Below, piece by piece: positions 33,905-47,179 of a DNA stretch of 64,000 nucleotides. Each line of letters starts with the position of its first letter. The first letter of the stretch is position 1. Below the pieces are notes generated by a model. That model worked only from the letters and a program-made list of their open reading frames with translations. It was not told where the DNA came from and searched no databases. The stretch covers positions 87,561,519-87,625,518 of the forward strand of contig NC_052149.1 in assembly GCF_902713615.1 (NCBI RefSeq), written 5' to 3'. This stretch comes from Scyliorhinus canicula. Taxonomy: Eukaryota. A program made the translations under genes and the position numbers.

Positions 33905-36405
33905 TCGCTTAACTACTCCTATCGGGGCACCCTCACAGTCCATCAATTCCTTATATATCTCTGACACCCTGCCCTCTCCAACCCCTGTTCGTGACAGCAC
34001 CGTGTCCTGCAACCTCAGTGGCGGCAGATCAGGAAGGGACGGCGCGTAGTTCCGCCCCTGTCAGTATTTCCCATTTCCACTGGGCAACTCATAATCATCC
34101 ACCAGTCCTCCTAAACTTGGGAAGCTGCCCTTCACGAACAAATCTCCAAACCGTTCAATCCCCGCTGACCGCCAACCCTGAAACCCCCCCCCATCCAATT
34201 CCCCCGGAGCGAACCTATGATTCGCACAGATCGGGACCCAAACTGAGACCCCCTCAAGCCTCAAGTGCTGTCACCACTGTCCCCACACCCTCAGGACCGC
34301 CACTACTATCGGACTTGTGGAGTACCTGGCCAGCGAGAATGGCAGAGGCGCCATCAGCAACGCTCCCAAACTAGTACCCTTACAAGAGGCTGCCTCCATC
34401 CACTCCCAAACCGACCCTACCCCTGCTACCCACTTCCTTACCATGGCTATATTTACCGCCCAATAATAATTCATAAAATTTGGCAAGGCCAACCCGTCCC
34501 CTCCAACCCCCCACCCCATCCTTACCCCTGCTCCAACAGTGCCTTCTTTGCCTGAGGGGCCTTCCCCGCCCACACAAATCCCAATATCAATGAGTTAATA
34601 TTCTTGTAAAAGGCATTGGGGATAAAATTCGGGAGGTTCTGGAATGCAAACAAACACCTTGGATGCACAGTTATCTTTACCGAGGTTGCACGGTAGCACA
34701 GTGGTTAGCACAACTGCTTCACAGTTCCAGGGTTCCAGGATCGATTCCCAGCTTGGGTCACTGTCTGTGCGGAGTCTGCACGTTCTCCCCGTGTGTGCGT
34801 GGGTGTCCTCCGGGTGCTCCGGTTTCCTCCCACAGTCCAAAGATGTGCAGGTTAGGTGGATTGGCCATGCTAAATTGTCCTCCGTGTCCAAAAGTGTTGG
34901 GTGGAGTTACTGGATAGGGTGACGGTGTGGGCTTGGGTAGGGTGCTCTGAGAGCCGGTGCAGACTCGATGGGCCAAATGGCCTCCTTCTGCAATATAAAT
35001 TCTATGATTCTATGATTTACGGACTGCACCCATCCCGCCAATGACAACGGAAGCACATCCCACCTTTTAAATTTGCCCTTAATTTGCTCCACCAACCAAG
35101 CCAGATTCAACTTGTGTAATTGCTCCCACCCCCGTGCCACCTGGATACCTAGATACCTAAAACTCGCCCCACTACCTTAAACGGCAATTTGCCCAGCCTC
35201 CTCTCTTGCCCCCTGACCTGAATTGAAAAGACCTCACTCTTTCCCATGTTTAATTTGTACCCTGAAAACCGACCAACTTTCACCAAAATGTCTATGATGC
35301 TCCCTATGCTTTCCAGTGGGTCCAATAGAAACAGCAGGTCGCCCGCTTACAGGGGCACCCTATGTTCCACCTCCCCCTCCTCCCCCCAACCCCAGCACAA
35401 TCCCTTTCCACCCCTAGACGTTCTAAGCACCATCACTAGTGGCTCTATCGCCAAGGCAAAAAGCAACAGGGTGAGCGGGCATCCCTACCCCATCCCCCTG
35501 TACAACCCAAGGTATCCCAAACTCACCTGATTCATTCTTACACTCGCCACCAGCACCCAGTACAGCAAATCGAATACAACCTACAAACCCCTTCCCAAAC
35601 CCGAACCACCCAATACCTCCCACAAATACTCCCACTCTACCCAATCAAAGACCTTCTACGCGTCCATCGCGACTGCCACCTCCACATTTCGTCCCTCTGG
35701 GGGAATCGTTATGGCATTTAGCAGGCACCTGATATTGGCCGACATGTGCCTCCCTTTTATGAATCCCGCCTGGTTCCCCCATCACCTCTGGCACACAATG
35801 CTCAATCCGTGAGGCCAGAATCTTAGCCAGCAACTTGTCATCCACATTCAACAGCGATATTAGATGATAGGACCCACACTACTCCGGGTCCTTGTCTTTC
35901 TTTAGGATCAGCGATAGAGGCCTGCGCAAACACGGGGGGGGGGGGGGGGGGAGGACCTCACCCTTCTCCCTCATGTCATTAAATACCCTCACCAGCAGGG
36001 GCCCCAGGTCACCCAAATACTTTTTATAAAATGTTACTGGGAAACAGTCTGGACCCAGGGCCTTCCCTGCCTGCATTGTCCCCTTACTCTCCAGCATCTG
36101 TACCAATGCAATGGGTGCTCCCAGCCACTCTACCAGACCTCCTCGACCTGGGGAATTCCAACCCGTCCAAAAAATCCCGCATTCCCTCCTCCTCAAGCAG
36201 GGGCTTCCGATTTTTAAAGCCTCCTATAGAACTCCTCAAACACCCCATTCACCCCCATCAGATCCAGTATCACTCCACCCTTGCCATCCTTCACCCTGCC
36301 AATCTCCCTCGCCGCCTCCTGCTTCCTGAGCTGGTGGCCAGCGCCCTGCTAGCCTTCTCCCTGTACTCGTACACTGCCCCGCTGGCCTTCTGCAGCTGCC
36401 CTTTT
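33905..36405 (-). mobile_element. Decayed L1 ORF2 fragment (RT region)
   Basis: MQAGKALGPD.FP..FYKK, NVD.KLLAKILASRIE.CVPEV, RWDVLPLSLAG.VQ, GLALPNF..YYWA; many frameshifts. Confidence 0.88.
34688..35016 (+). mobile_element. Full-length HE1/V-SINE-type SINE inserted in an L1
   Basis: GCACGGTAGCACAGTGGTTAGC...GATCGATTCCC...tail ATTCTATGATTCTATGATT. Confidence 0.9.
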
Positions 36406-38220
36406 TGTGGTATTTGTAGAGGGTAGGCTTGCAGGCCATGAAGGTAGAAACAAATATGAGCTTTATTGGAAAGGTGTTTAGTTTCTTTGTGGTATTTTTA
36501 AAGGATAGGCTTGCAGACCACAAAGATACAAACAAACAAGAACTGGCTGTAAAGATAGACTGCCTGTTTGCCTGCGCAAACAGCCAATGATGTAATCGAT
36601 GTGATCAGACTCTTATAGTGAACTTATTCCAACTAAGAATAAACATGAATACACAACACTTTCCTCCCTTTTACATCAGAGGTTCCTGCAATGAAAGAGA
36701 AGATAACATTAACAATCAAAATGTATTTATTTATTGATAATTTACAATATATACAATTAATAACACAACAGTCAAGAAGTTAGACATTTTCGGAGGACTT
36801 TAATTTCTGTGTGATTTTCAGCAAACCTCAGGCGGCTGTATTTTCATGTTGACTACAACCTCTGGTGTTTTTGGTTTAGTTTGGATGTCGTCTGTAGTTG
36901 TTTCAATCAGATTCAACATTATGTTCGCAGGCTAACTTGGTGTTGAAGTGTCCTCAACTTGGGTACTGTCTTCCACAGTTGTTTCTGGTATTGTCACATT
37001 TTCAGGAATGTCCAGGTCTTCACTTGGTATAGTTTGTTGCAGACTGTTGGTTGACTCGTCTCTGGCAAACTAGTTCGAGTTGCCAAAGGTTGATCAGCGT
37101 GTCTTCTCCACACTGCATCATCCCGAGTTTGAACCATGTAGGAGACCGGACCTCTCTGTGCACAGACAATGGATAGCAGGTATCCATTTCCTCACTGGTG
37201 GTACAGTTCCTTGACAATACCTTCTGAAAAACACGGCGTTAGCCCTGTCCTCATGTCGCAAAACTGACTTTGCTGTTTCCTTTCAATAATTTCTGTTGTC
37301 TTAGGCGTCTTCAGCAGATCAAATGCTGTGTGAAACTGACGTTTTACCATGAGTAATGCCGGAGAACATTGGATTGTCAAATGTGTTGTTGTGCTGTATG
37401 GCATCAGGAATTGGCTTAGTCATTTTGATGATGATCCTTGCTCTTGAGTTACCTTCAATGAATGCTTCACTGTCTGAATAAACCTTTCAGGCAGCCCATT
37501 GGTGGCAGGATGATAAGAAATGGATCAGATCTGTTGGATTCCGTTCTCCTTTCGATAAATTATGAATTATTGCAAAATGAACTGCAGCCCACTGTCGCTA
37601 ACAACTTGTTCAGGTTAACCGAATCTGACAAAAATCTCGCCCAATCTTTCTATTGTTCTCTGAGGACGTGGTTTTCAAAATGACGATGTCAAGCCTTTCG
37701 AGTGCGCATCTACCACGATGAAAAACATTCATCCTTCAAATAAACTTGCCATGGCCCTTCTTGCCATTCTCATGGATATAATGGCACTTGTGATGGCAGG
37801 TTTCAAACTTTTGCACAAGCTGAACACATACCTGCCTTCTCCTCGATTTCACGATTGAGCCATGGCCACCACAAATAGCTTCTGGCTATCTTCTTCATCC
37901 TTCCTATCCCACAATGATCTTCATGGAGTTGATTTAAGACACATTCCCTTAACAATGGTGGAATTATAACCCTCATTCTCCAGAGGAGATGACCAGATGA
38001 TGTGGATAGCTCAAGTCTTCTGGGAACATATGGCTTCAACTCCAGTTCTGCTTGCCATGGAATACCAGGTCCATAACTTCTGATGGTAGTGGACTATTTC
38101 TGGTATACTTCTCAACTTGTCCTGCAGTTACAAGAGTGTTATCGACTTTTCGAAATAGAAAATATGACCACTCAAACTATTAATTGATGTTAGGTAAAGG
38201 TAATCTAGAGAGTCCATTTG
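36406..38220 (-). mobile_element. Gypsy 3' part: integrase remnant, polypurine tract and 3' LTR (36406-36658)
   Basis: ORF 37803..38039(-) VIIPPLLR..VL.QLHEDHCGI.RMK.IARSY.WWP.L..EIE....CSAC (H2C2 zinc finger); PPT AAAAGGGAGGAAAG next to TGTTGTG...CCACA. Confidence 0.82.
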
Positions 38221-38849
38221 TGTTCCCATGGAGTTTTAGAAATAAATATTTTTAATCAAGGCATTTTCACATATGTAAAAATAAACAGAAGAACAGAACA
38301 ATTCAATAAACAATAAACAACCACGCACCCCACCTGCTTCATGGGGAATTCCCACTGAAGCTACCCCACGCCGCCGGGAAAGCAGTGGGCTGAGGCGCGC
38401 TCCTGGCGGTACCAGAGATTCCCACCACGAGTGAGCGGCCTGTGAATTCTGGCCTTGGTTCTTGCTTTTTGTAGTTCTTGTTTGGAACTTGTTTATTTTC
38501 CCAATACGCACGTTTTACTGTGGAAAGGGCTTGTGCGCAAGCACAATGTGCCACCAATGTTTTTAGCACTACCTCACTTCTTTTTTCAAACTTGGTACCC
38601 CTGAGCTCAGCCTGTTTCCTCCTGAGTTTTGGAACACCCCCAGCTCTAAACAATTGTTGCAGGGTACTTGCTACTCACAATGCTCCCTGTACTGTTTACC
38701 ACAATTCCTGTATTTTGCATTTTTGCACCAGCGATGTATTGCTGCGTGACCAGTTTTGCACATCAGTGGTCCTGGGGATTTATCACTCGAGTACCATTAA
38801 TTTCCTGGTTGTTGATGTTGTACTTGCCTTAATTGCATTAAGTCCCTGT

Positions 38850-39060
38850 CCACTACCGACTATTATTCATTTTCAGGACTTCCAGCAAGTTATCCTCGTT
38901 TTCAACTGTAAATACTGAGGCAAAGTAACTGTTCAATATGTCTGCCATTTCCCCATTATCAATGACAAAAACTCCATTTACAGCTTTTAGTGGACCTACA
39001 TTGCTCTTGACCAGCCGCTTTCCCTTTATATAACTATAAAGTTTCTTATTATTGAGTTTA
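38850..39060 (-). mobile_element. CR1-clade LINE fragment
   Basis: NNKKLYSYIKGKR....VGPLK....EMADILNSYFASVFT.E. Confidence 0.75.
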
Positions 39061-39299
39061 AAATAACGACACAAAGTGTCTCAATCTTACAAACTAAGAA
39101 ACCCTTTGCACTCTATTATAAGAATTTGAGTGTTCTCTGGAGATATTCCCTCACTCCAGGTCATTTGCTTCAGGAAAGGTGAGGTGTGAGAGAGAAGAGA
39201 ACATTTGCTCTTTGGCCATAATGTGGCATAGGCCATCTGACTGCACAGTCTGAAATTATTTGCCTCTTGGGTATATCTTAGAATTGCCACTTTTAAAAA

Positions 39300-40395
39300 T
39301 AATTCATTTGCAGGATGTCGGCATCACTGGCTGGGCCAGCATTCATTGCCCATCCCGAATGAGGGTACACCCACAGTGCTATTATGGAGGGAATTCCAGG
39401 ATTGCGTCCCAGCGGCAGTGAAGGAACAGTGATATATTTCCAAGTCATGAAGATGAGTGACTGGATTGTGGTGTCTCCAGGATCGCTGCTCTTGTCCTTC
39501 TAGATGGTAGTGGTTGTGGGTTTGGAGGAGCTGGCTAAGGAACCGTGGTGAGTTACTGTAGTGCATCTTGTAGATGGTACACATGGCTGCCACTGTTCGT
39601 CAGTAGTGCAAGGATTGAATGTTCGTGGAAGGGGTTGCAATCAAGTGGACTGCTTTGTCCTGGATGGTGTCAAGCTTCTTAAGTGTTGTTGAAGCTGCAC
39701 TCATCTAGGCAGGTGAAGAGTATGCCATCACACTCCTGACTTGCACCTTATAGATGGTGGACAGGCTACATGATGTCAGGAGGTGAGTTACTCCCTACAG
39801 GATTCCTAGTCTTTGACCTGCCCTAGTTGCTGCGACATTTATATGGCTCGTCCAGTTCAGTTTCTGTTCAATGGTAACCTCCAGGATGTTGATAGTGGGG
39901 AATTCAGCGATGGTAATGCCATTGAATGTCAAGGGGTGATAGTTAGATCCACTCTTGTTGGAGACAGTTACTGCCTGGCACTTGTGTGGTGTGAATGTTA
40001 CTTGCCACTTGTCTGCTCAAAGCCTGAATGCTGTCCAGGTCTTAACTGCATTTGGACATGGACTGCTTCAGCATCTGAAAAGCCGCGCACGGTGAACATT
40101 GTTCACAAATGACTGCACATCGCCCTATGCTGCTCTTCAATCACTATTTGTTGATATACCATTTGTCAATGTACTCTGTTGATTATTCTTTTGTCTACTA
40201 TGTACGCACTGTGTACGTTCCCTTGGCCGCAGAAGAATACTTTTCACTGCACTTCGGTAGATGTGACAATAAATATCACTCAATCAATCAATCAAATCTG
40301 ATCTTCTAATAGAATGAAGGTCACTGATGAAGCAGCTGGAGATGGTTGGACCTAGGACACTACCCTGAGAAACTTCTGCATGATGTCCTGGAATC
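39300..40395 (-). mobile_element. CR1-like LINE 3' fragment (second family), interrupted by a Rex1 tail
   Basis: AAMCTIYKMH.SNSPR.L; SWNSL.NSTVGVP; same family as pieces at ~33310-33650, 52050-53645 and 63158-63365. Confidence 0.65.
40110..40298 (+). mobile_element. Rex1/Babar 3' UTR tail
   Basis: GCAGAAGAATACTTTTCACTG..GACAATAAA..(TCAA)n, homologous to 6510-6570. Confidence 0.65.
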
Positions 40396-42108
40396 AATCT
40401 TCGTGCAAACCATCGGGCATACTATTAGGGAAAATTCAACAGCCTTGCTCCTACAATCCAGATTCAATCCTTTCCCTGCAATCTGGTTTTGAAAAGTTAC
40501 ATACGCTACAATTAACAAATAGCCTGCCTCCATAATTTTTGCAATAATTGGAACATATTCTACTGCTGTGTTGCAGAATGCCAGATTGGCAGATATAAAA
40601 CAGGTAAGATGTTATAGGTTAAAGCAATACAAATGCCCAAGAAATGTACAATGGAATGAATATCTGCCAAATTATCTAGATAAAAAGAACTCTTGTGATT
40701 TACATTGATGTAGCAATTAACAATTTAAATCAGCAATCTTAACTAGGCTCAAATTACTCAATTTAATGTGAACAGCTAAGAAGCAACATCTGAATTTTAA
40801 TTATGTTACAATCCCCACGAGGAAACCATAGACCAAAATAACCAAATTTACTGAATGATCCCCCAAATGATGAAATTATTTCTGTTTTTGTAACTTGCAC
40901 TTTAACATGAATCAGAATCAAGGTAAATAAACAGGCGAATCACGATCATTACAAACTATAAATTATACATGGGACAACAGAACTATCTCACTGGGTTAAT
41001 CGGCAGTCCACAGCCCTTGTAGATCCCTATTTCAGCATAATTCTAGTCCCTTTCCTTCCAGGAGATAGCCGATTGTCTACAGACATGTAAACCTGTGTAA
41101 TCTTCCCTGTATGGCTGACGTCTTCTGGAACCTTCTCAATTCCTCTCTAGCTCTTCTCCTCTCTTTCTGTTTGCATCTGTGTACTGATTACCTATTACCT
41201 CCAACTCTCCTTTGTGTCTGGCCACACAATTTCTGTCTCTTAACTGCCTTCCTGTTGGTACTGCTTCCAGGTCAAGGATCGCCAGGTCACATGGACCAGT
41301 ATTTTTTTTTACTACGCAAAGAAAATGCCATTGAGTCCTTTACAATTGATATAAACTCATAAAAGCCCCTTGTCAAACATTTTTCAAACAATTGCAGATT
41401 CCCCAAACATATAAAAGTCATGGCAATTTTATTTTACTGTTACTGGTTCTGGTGAAAGGCCGTCGCAATTAAAATTTAAAAAGTAATCTTGACATATCTT
41501 TCAGAGGCACTGAGATTGATTACGACACAACTGTCACAAGGACGAAGATTAGTTAACTCAGCATGGATTACATATTGAACCTGGGGTCTGCTGGGCTATA
41601 TGGTCTATTGCATATGGTCCACTGACCCATTGAAACCTTATTGGATCACATTCCTGCTGTTTTCAACCTTGCCCCATGACCTTGCATACTTAATTACTTC
41701 TCTGGCAAATCTCTCAGTAACTAAAAGTAATTTATGCTGTAAACAGTCATTCATCAATTGAGTAATATTTGTTATGGTGCAGTAAGCAGCCTCTGGCAGT
41801 TTAAATGAGGCCTGTATGCTTCATGAGTTAATGATACAATATATATTATTAATTGTTGATATTAACAATATTGCAGGTAAACCTGTGGTGTCAAATAATA
41901 AATGTTTAAAAATGCCATTCTTTGTTGCTAAGGAAATGATAAGTGGCATTGAAACGTTGTTACGGAAATAGGTCTTATAATCAACCACGAAATGTCACCA
42001 AGGCAACTTCACGTCTGACTTGTACTAAAGCCCCCAGAACAAAAGTGAAATGTGTTTACAATGTCTAGGATTGAATACTAAATCACAGCTATCTCAAATA
42101 GAAACCTA

Positions 42109-43618
42109 GGGCAGAATCTTTTTGAGATGTCAGGAGTCTTGCATGCTGGTTAGAGAGCCGGCAAAACCACAAGCCAGTTGGGCAGTGGTGAGGCCACCGA
42201 TGAGCCTTTCCCTGGAATCAAGACCTGAGGGGTGGAGGTCTTGCCTACCGAGAAGACCAGCACTCGTGGACTTAACAATGTCACCAGGTGAGGTGGCGAC
42301 TGCTGCAGAAAAGCACCTACCAAAGACCCACAATTATGGAGCGACCCATGCCACAGGTTAAGTAATGTGGGGGTGGCGGGGAGGTTCTGCAGGGTGGCCT
42401 TCGTGGGGAGAGGGGTGTAGGATGGTTATCAGCAAGTGCAGAGGCTAGGTCTCAGCACCCTCCCCCACCCCCATCTCCTGATGTCTAATCCCTCAATGAG
42501 GCACTGAAGGGACCCAACACCCTCCAGAGGTATCAAGTTGGATGCAGTTTTAGTTGTCATGCATGTTGCATGGCTACAGGCCCGCCTACTGCTGGGTTAA
42601 TGCCAGGGGCGGGATGAGGCCTGCCTTTAAGTGGTTTTTTTTTTAATAAACATTTTATTGAGGTATTTTCGGTATAGTAACAACAACAAAATAAACAATA
42701 TACATGAAACCATAAACATAGTGCAAAAGCCATTTACCTCGTACAGGTCCCACTCTTATTGACCCCCTACACTCCCCCCCACCCCACCCACCACCGTCTG
42801 CTGCCGATTAATTTCCCACCAAGAAGGCGACGAACGGTGGCCACCTCCGGGTGAACCCGAACTGTGACCCTCTCAAGGCGAACTTGACTTTCTCCAAACA
42901 GAGAAAGCTAGCCATGTCTGATAGCCAGGTCTCTGACTTCGGGGGCTTTGAGTCCCTCCAAGCTAATACTATCCATCTCCGGGCTACCAGGGAAGCAAAG
43001 GCCAGAACGTCTGCCTCATTCTCTGCCTGGATTCCCGGGTCTTCGGACACTCCGAAAATCGCCACCTCTGGACCCAGCGCCACCCTTGTTTTTAATACCG
43101 TGGACATGACGTCCACAAACCCCTGCCAAAATCCCCGAAGCTTTAGACATGTCCAAAACATGTGGACATGGTTCGCTGGTCCTCCCGCACATTTTGCGCA
43201 CCTGTCCTCCACCCCGAAGAATCTGCTCATCCGGGCCACTGTCATGTGAGCCTGGTGAACAACATTATCCGGCTGAGACTGGCACATGTTGCGGACGTGT
43301 TGACTCTACTCAACGCATCCGCCCATAGACCATCCTCTATCTCTCCTCCCAGCTCCTCCTCCCACTTGCACTTCAGCTCCTCGGTCTGCATCTCCTAAGA
43401 CCCCATAACGCTCCCTTCTCCTACCCACCTTTAAGTGGTTATTAATTGCCCTCATTGGCGGCACGATGGGAAAGTTGACCATGGACGTTCCTGCCTAGGA
43501 CTTAATTCAGGCAGAGGTGGGCAGCCGGTGGGATCCAGTACAGCACCAGCCTGCCTAATTACATGCTCTTCTTGACTCCATGCTCGTCACCAGCGTGAGC
43601 ATAATTAAGATTCCTCCC
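42109..43618. mobile_element. Harbinger-type non-autonomous element interrupted by an L1 fragment
   Basis: TIRs GGGCAGAATCTT and AAGATTCCTCCC with 3-bp flanks CTA and CTA. Confidence 0.6.
42637..43427 (-). mobile_element. 5'-truncated L1 (ORF2 C-terminus, 3' UTR, poly(A))
   Basis: 13-bp TSD CCTTTAAGTGGTT (42624-42636 and 43428-43440); CAKC..PANHVHMFWTC. Confidence 0.92.
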
Positions 43619-44029
43619 CTAACATTTTGATCTAACATCACAGATTTATGTTGATTCAGAAACACACTGTGGTTCCTTTTCCTGCTGCGATAAACAGATG
43701 AAGAAGCAAGTCAGTTATAGACCCCGGTAATTATGTTTTCCACACCAGGTACTTTGAAAAACAGTTGGAAGATGAATTGCTAAAAGATCAGATTTACAAT
43801 CGAAAGGACATACAATAGCAACGCTCATGACTGAGAAAGGAGCAATAGTTGCAGCATTATAATTGACCAAGTCTGTGGAGATGATATTCAGCAACCCCAG
43901 CAGCTACTGTGCATCTTTAAGAAACTGTTTATAAACCGTTCCTTTGATTTGAAACAACTAATCAGATAAAGAGCATTTTTCATTGGGGTCAAATAAATAT
44001 AGCAGCTACAGTAGCTATTACCAAAGCAT

Positions 44030-44850
44030 GAGGCAGGAGGGCGGGCACTCTCGCCTTTGCCTCCCTGATCGCCAGCCGTAGCATCCTGCTTGTCAGGCGG
44101 TCAGCAGCACCACCCAAAGCTGCAGACTGGCTTCCGACCTATCGGAATTTCTCCAAATGAAGAAAATCAAATTCGCCATCCGGGGGTGGGAAGATGGCTT
44201 CCTCAGAACATGGGAGCCATTTACCCAACTGTTCTGGGGCCTGTTTTGTGGCCAACGAACAAACAAATAGATAATCAAGTAGCCAGAGCTGCTGAGAGGG
44301 AGGGGAGAGGGGGTAAAGGAAGGCAGGGAAGGAGGGGGCAGGGAAGGAAGGAGAACAAGGGAACAGGAATAATAGAGGGGAGCCAGAGGGGAGGAAAGAG
44401 GAGTGAACACAAACTGGAAGGCGAGCACAGGAAACGACAACGACCACAACAAACACAGCAGGGCAAAAGAGAGTAAGAAAGTACAGGAGGAAGGAACGAC
44501 AAACAGCTGATGTAGAGGCAAACGCACAACGTTCCGAGAGGAACAAGTACCATCAGGGGCACCACTCAGGCGCTCCTTCCACCCAGTTTTGTTTTGCCTA
44601 TTCTGTATGTATTTTTTTTTTTAAAACAGAAAGGGGGGGGGGGGGGGGAGGAGAAAGCCAACCCCCATGGCATGTATAGTGAAATTTTCTCTTCATGCTT
44701 CTCTGTATATACGCTGCCCTTGTTTTAATTTCCACCCCTTGATTTTTTAGTTATGTAGCGTTTTTGTTATCTCATTTTGGTTTCTCTGTGTGTACATCTG
44801 TAAATATGCCATGTATAAAACCCAATAAAAACATTCTTAGAAAAAAAAGG
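44030..44850 (+). mobile_element. 5'-truncated L1 3' end
   Basis: Close nucleotide similarity to 13665-13880 (KIKFAIRG.EDGF.RTWEPF) but a different purine-rich 3' UTR; AATAAA and A-tail; AAAGCA flanks. Confidence 0.85.
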
Positions 44851-45189
44851 AAAGCACGCGGCCCCTTTGAGAACCAGCACTCTGGAAGTCCCTCCCTAAT
44901 CGCCTTAAAATCTGAGTCGCAGTTATGCCTGCCTTTTTGTGGGATATGTGGAACATTTAAACTCCAGTCCTACTTGGGGCCCCTCCCTCATCCCTGTTAC
45001 CGCCACATTGAATATTGTATTGGAGCACACCTGCTCTCACCATGAACTGGAAACTTCGGACTTTGGGCAGAATTCTCCCAACCTGCCTGCCGTGTGTTTG
45101 GTGGAGGGTGGGTATGGGGAATCAGGTGGGAGCCAAAAAGTCAGAAACATGCACACGCCTGCATAAAATTGATGAGGCTCCAAGCGCAG

Positions 45190-46550
45190 AATCTATCATG
45201 GGTCGCACCATTCTGGTCAGCAGGATAGGTGCCACTGGTGCTGCCTGACACAGCACTTCATCTCCAAATGGGGGAATTCACCCTATATTTCCAATTTCCA
45301 CCTTTCTCTCACCTTTACCTGTTCCATCTGACTCTTCATCTCCCCTCCTCGACTTCTCTGCCTCCATTTCTGGAGATAGGCTGTCAATTAATATTCACTA
45401 CAAACCCATTGACACCCAGAGCATACTTGGCCACACTTTCACACACCCGGCTTCCTGTATGGACTCCAGTCTCCCAGTTTCTCTGTCTCTATCACGTCTG
45501 CTCTGATGATGCAACATTCCACAACAGTGGTTCTGATGTGTCTCCCTTTTCTGCAAACCAAGGGTTCCAATCGAGCAAGATATGACAGGGCCTTCCACTA
45601 TCCAATTTATTTCACGGACTTCAGGTCTCCCCTCTTACCTTTGCTCCCAGAACCATGATACAGATCCCCTGGCTCCTCACCTTTCATCCCATCAGCCTTT
45701 GTAATCATTTTTCCCGGCTCCAGCGTGAAACCACCTCATCCATTGACCTTCCCTTTTAGCATTTTGAGGGGACTGTTTCCTCCACAACACTCGTGTCACC
45801 CTTAACATCTAGTCCCTTCCCTACAGCACCTTTCCAAGCAAGCACAGGAGATGCAACACCTGTGCTTTCACCTCCTCCTTTCTCACCATCCAAGACATCA
45901 AATCCTCCTTTCCAATTAAACAGTGATTTACTTGTACTTCTTTCAATTTAGTACACCAGATTCACTGTTAACAATGTAGTCTCCTTTACACTGGGGAGAG
46001 CAAATTTTGTCTGGATGACCACTCTGCAGAACACCTCCATTCAGTCCGCATGCGTGACCCCAGGTTCCAATCGCTTGTAATTTTAATTCTCCATATTTCT
46101 CCCGCTCTGACCTTTATGTTCTTGTCCTCCTATAGTGCTCCAATGAAACTTAATGCAAGCTCAAGGATCAACAGCTCAACTTTCACTTCAACATTCTGCA
46201 CCATCATGTACTCAATATTGGGCTCAGCAACTTCAGATGATAACCTCTGCCTCCAATTTGTTCCATAAGTTTCGTTAGGTTTTTATTTTTGCTGGCTTCA
46301 TTCTTTCTTTATCTTTTCCTGTTGCATTCATACCCCATCTGGATCGCTGTTTCTTTACTAAAACTATGATCCCTCTCTCTGGTTTTGCATCATGAAATCT
46401 TTTGTTGGTTAATCTCTCCTGCCCTCCATCCTATCAATGGCCTTTCCTTTTGGTCTTCATGCTTCTAACACTTTCTGCTGACTTAAAAACTCCCACATTC
46501 CTATCTTTCTTCAATTCTAATGAAAGGTCATTGACCTACATTGTTAACTT
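45190..46550 (+). mobile_element. Decayed Penelope-like element (RT C-terminus and GIY-YIG endonuclease)
   Basis: LSINIHYKPID...YL..T.SH; RRCNTC; FTCTSFNLV..I.C.QC.LLY.GE; degenerate hammerhead-like CTAATGAAAGGTCATTGACCT at ~46517-46537. Confidence 0.75.
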
Positions 46551-47179
46551 TGGCCCAGGTTCTCATCCCCGAGTCAGGAAATTTTCCAGCTCAGCAAACC
46601 TGACCTTTAAAAAAGTCCCCCACAGGCCAGATTTCTGGTTGAGCGGGGTGGGCGAAAACAGGAGTTGGGACAGGTGATCCCGGATGAATCCATAGGTTGC
46701 CAGGTGTGGAGACTGATTGTGCACAAGGCTCATCTCTGTGCCCTGGCACTGTGCTTAAATAAATAATAATAAAACAAAAACCATCACCCCAGATCTCACC
46801 CCTCATCCCCTTCACCTCCCACACATTCGCTGTGCCCAACCTGTGCCAACACATGCCCCCATCCACCCCCATACCTGCCAATTTAGTTACACTCTACCCA
46901 TCCCTGATGGCCCCCCTCACACCCTTATGCCAAATTAATGCCCCTATACCCACCCTATTGTGTCATACCCCCATGCTAACTTAGTTTCAAATCATGTCAA
47001 CCCACGCCCTCATACCGCCTTTTGCCCTTACCCCCTCCATGCCAACTCACCCAGTATCCTTCAACAGTTCCTCAATAGCTTTGACTCTTCCTGGATAGCT
47101 TTGACTCTTCCTGGAAAGCTGGACACCTCTTTTACAGCTTGACAGTTCCAATGAGTTTTTGGTGTAAAAACTGCATCAT

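Noticed and set aside
40804-41425. Possible further solo LTR (TGTTACA...TGGCA)
   Set aside because: No convincing TSD and no second copy in the window.
46515-46550. Second hammerhead at the Penelope 3' end
   Set aside because: The core is mutated (CUAAUGA, no GAAA), so it is presumed inactive.
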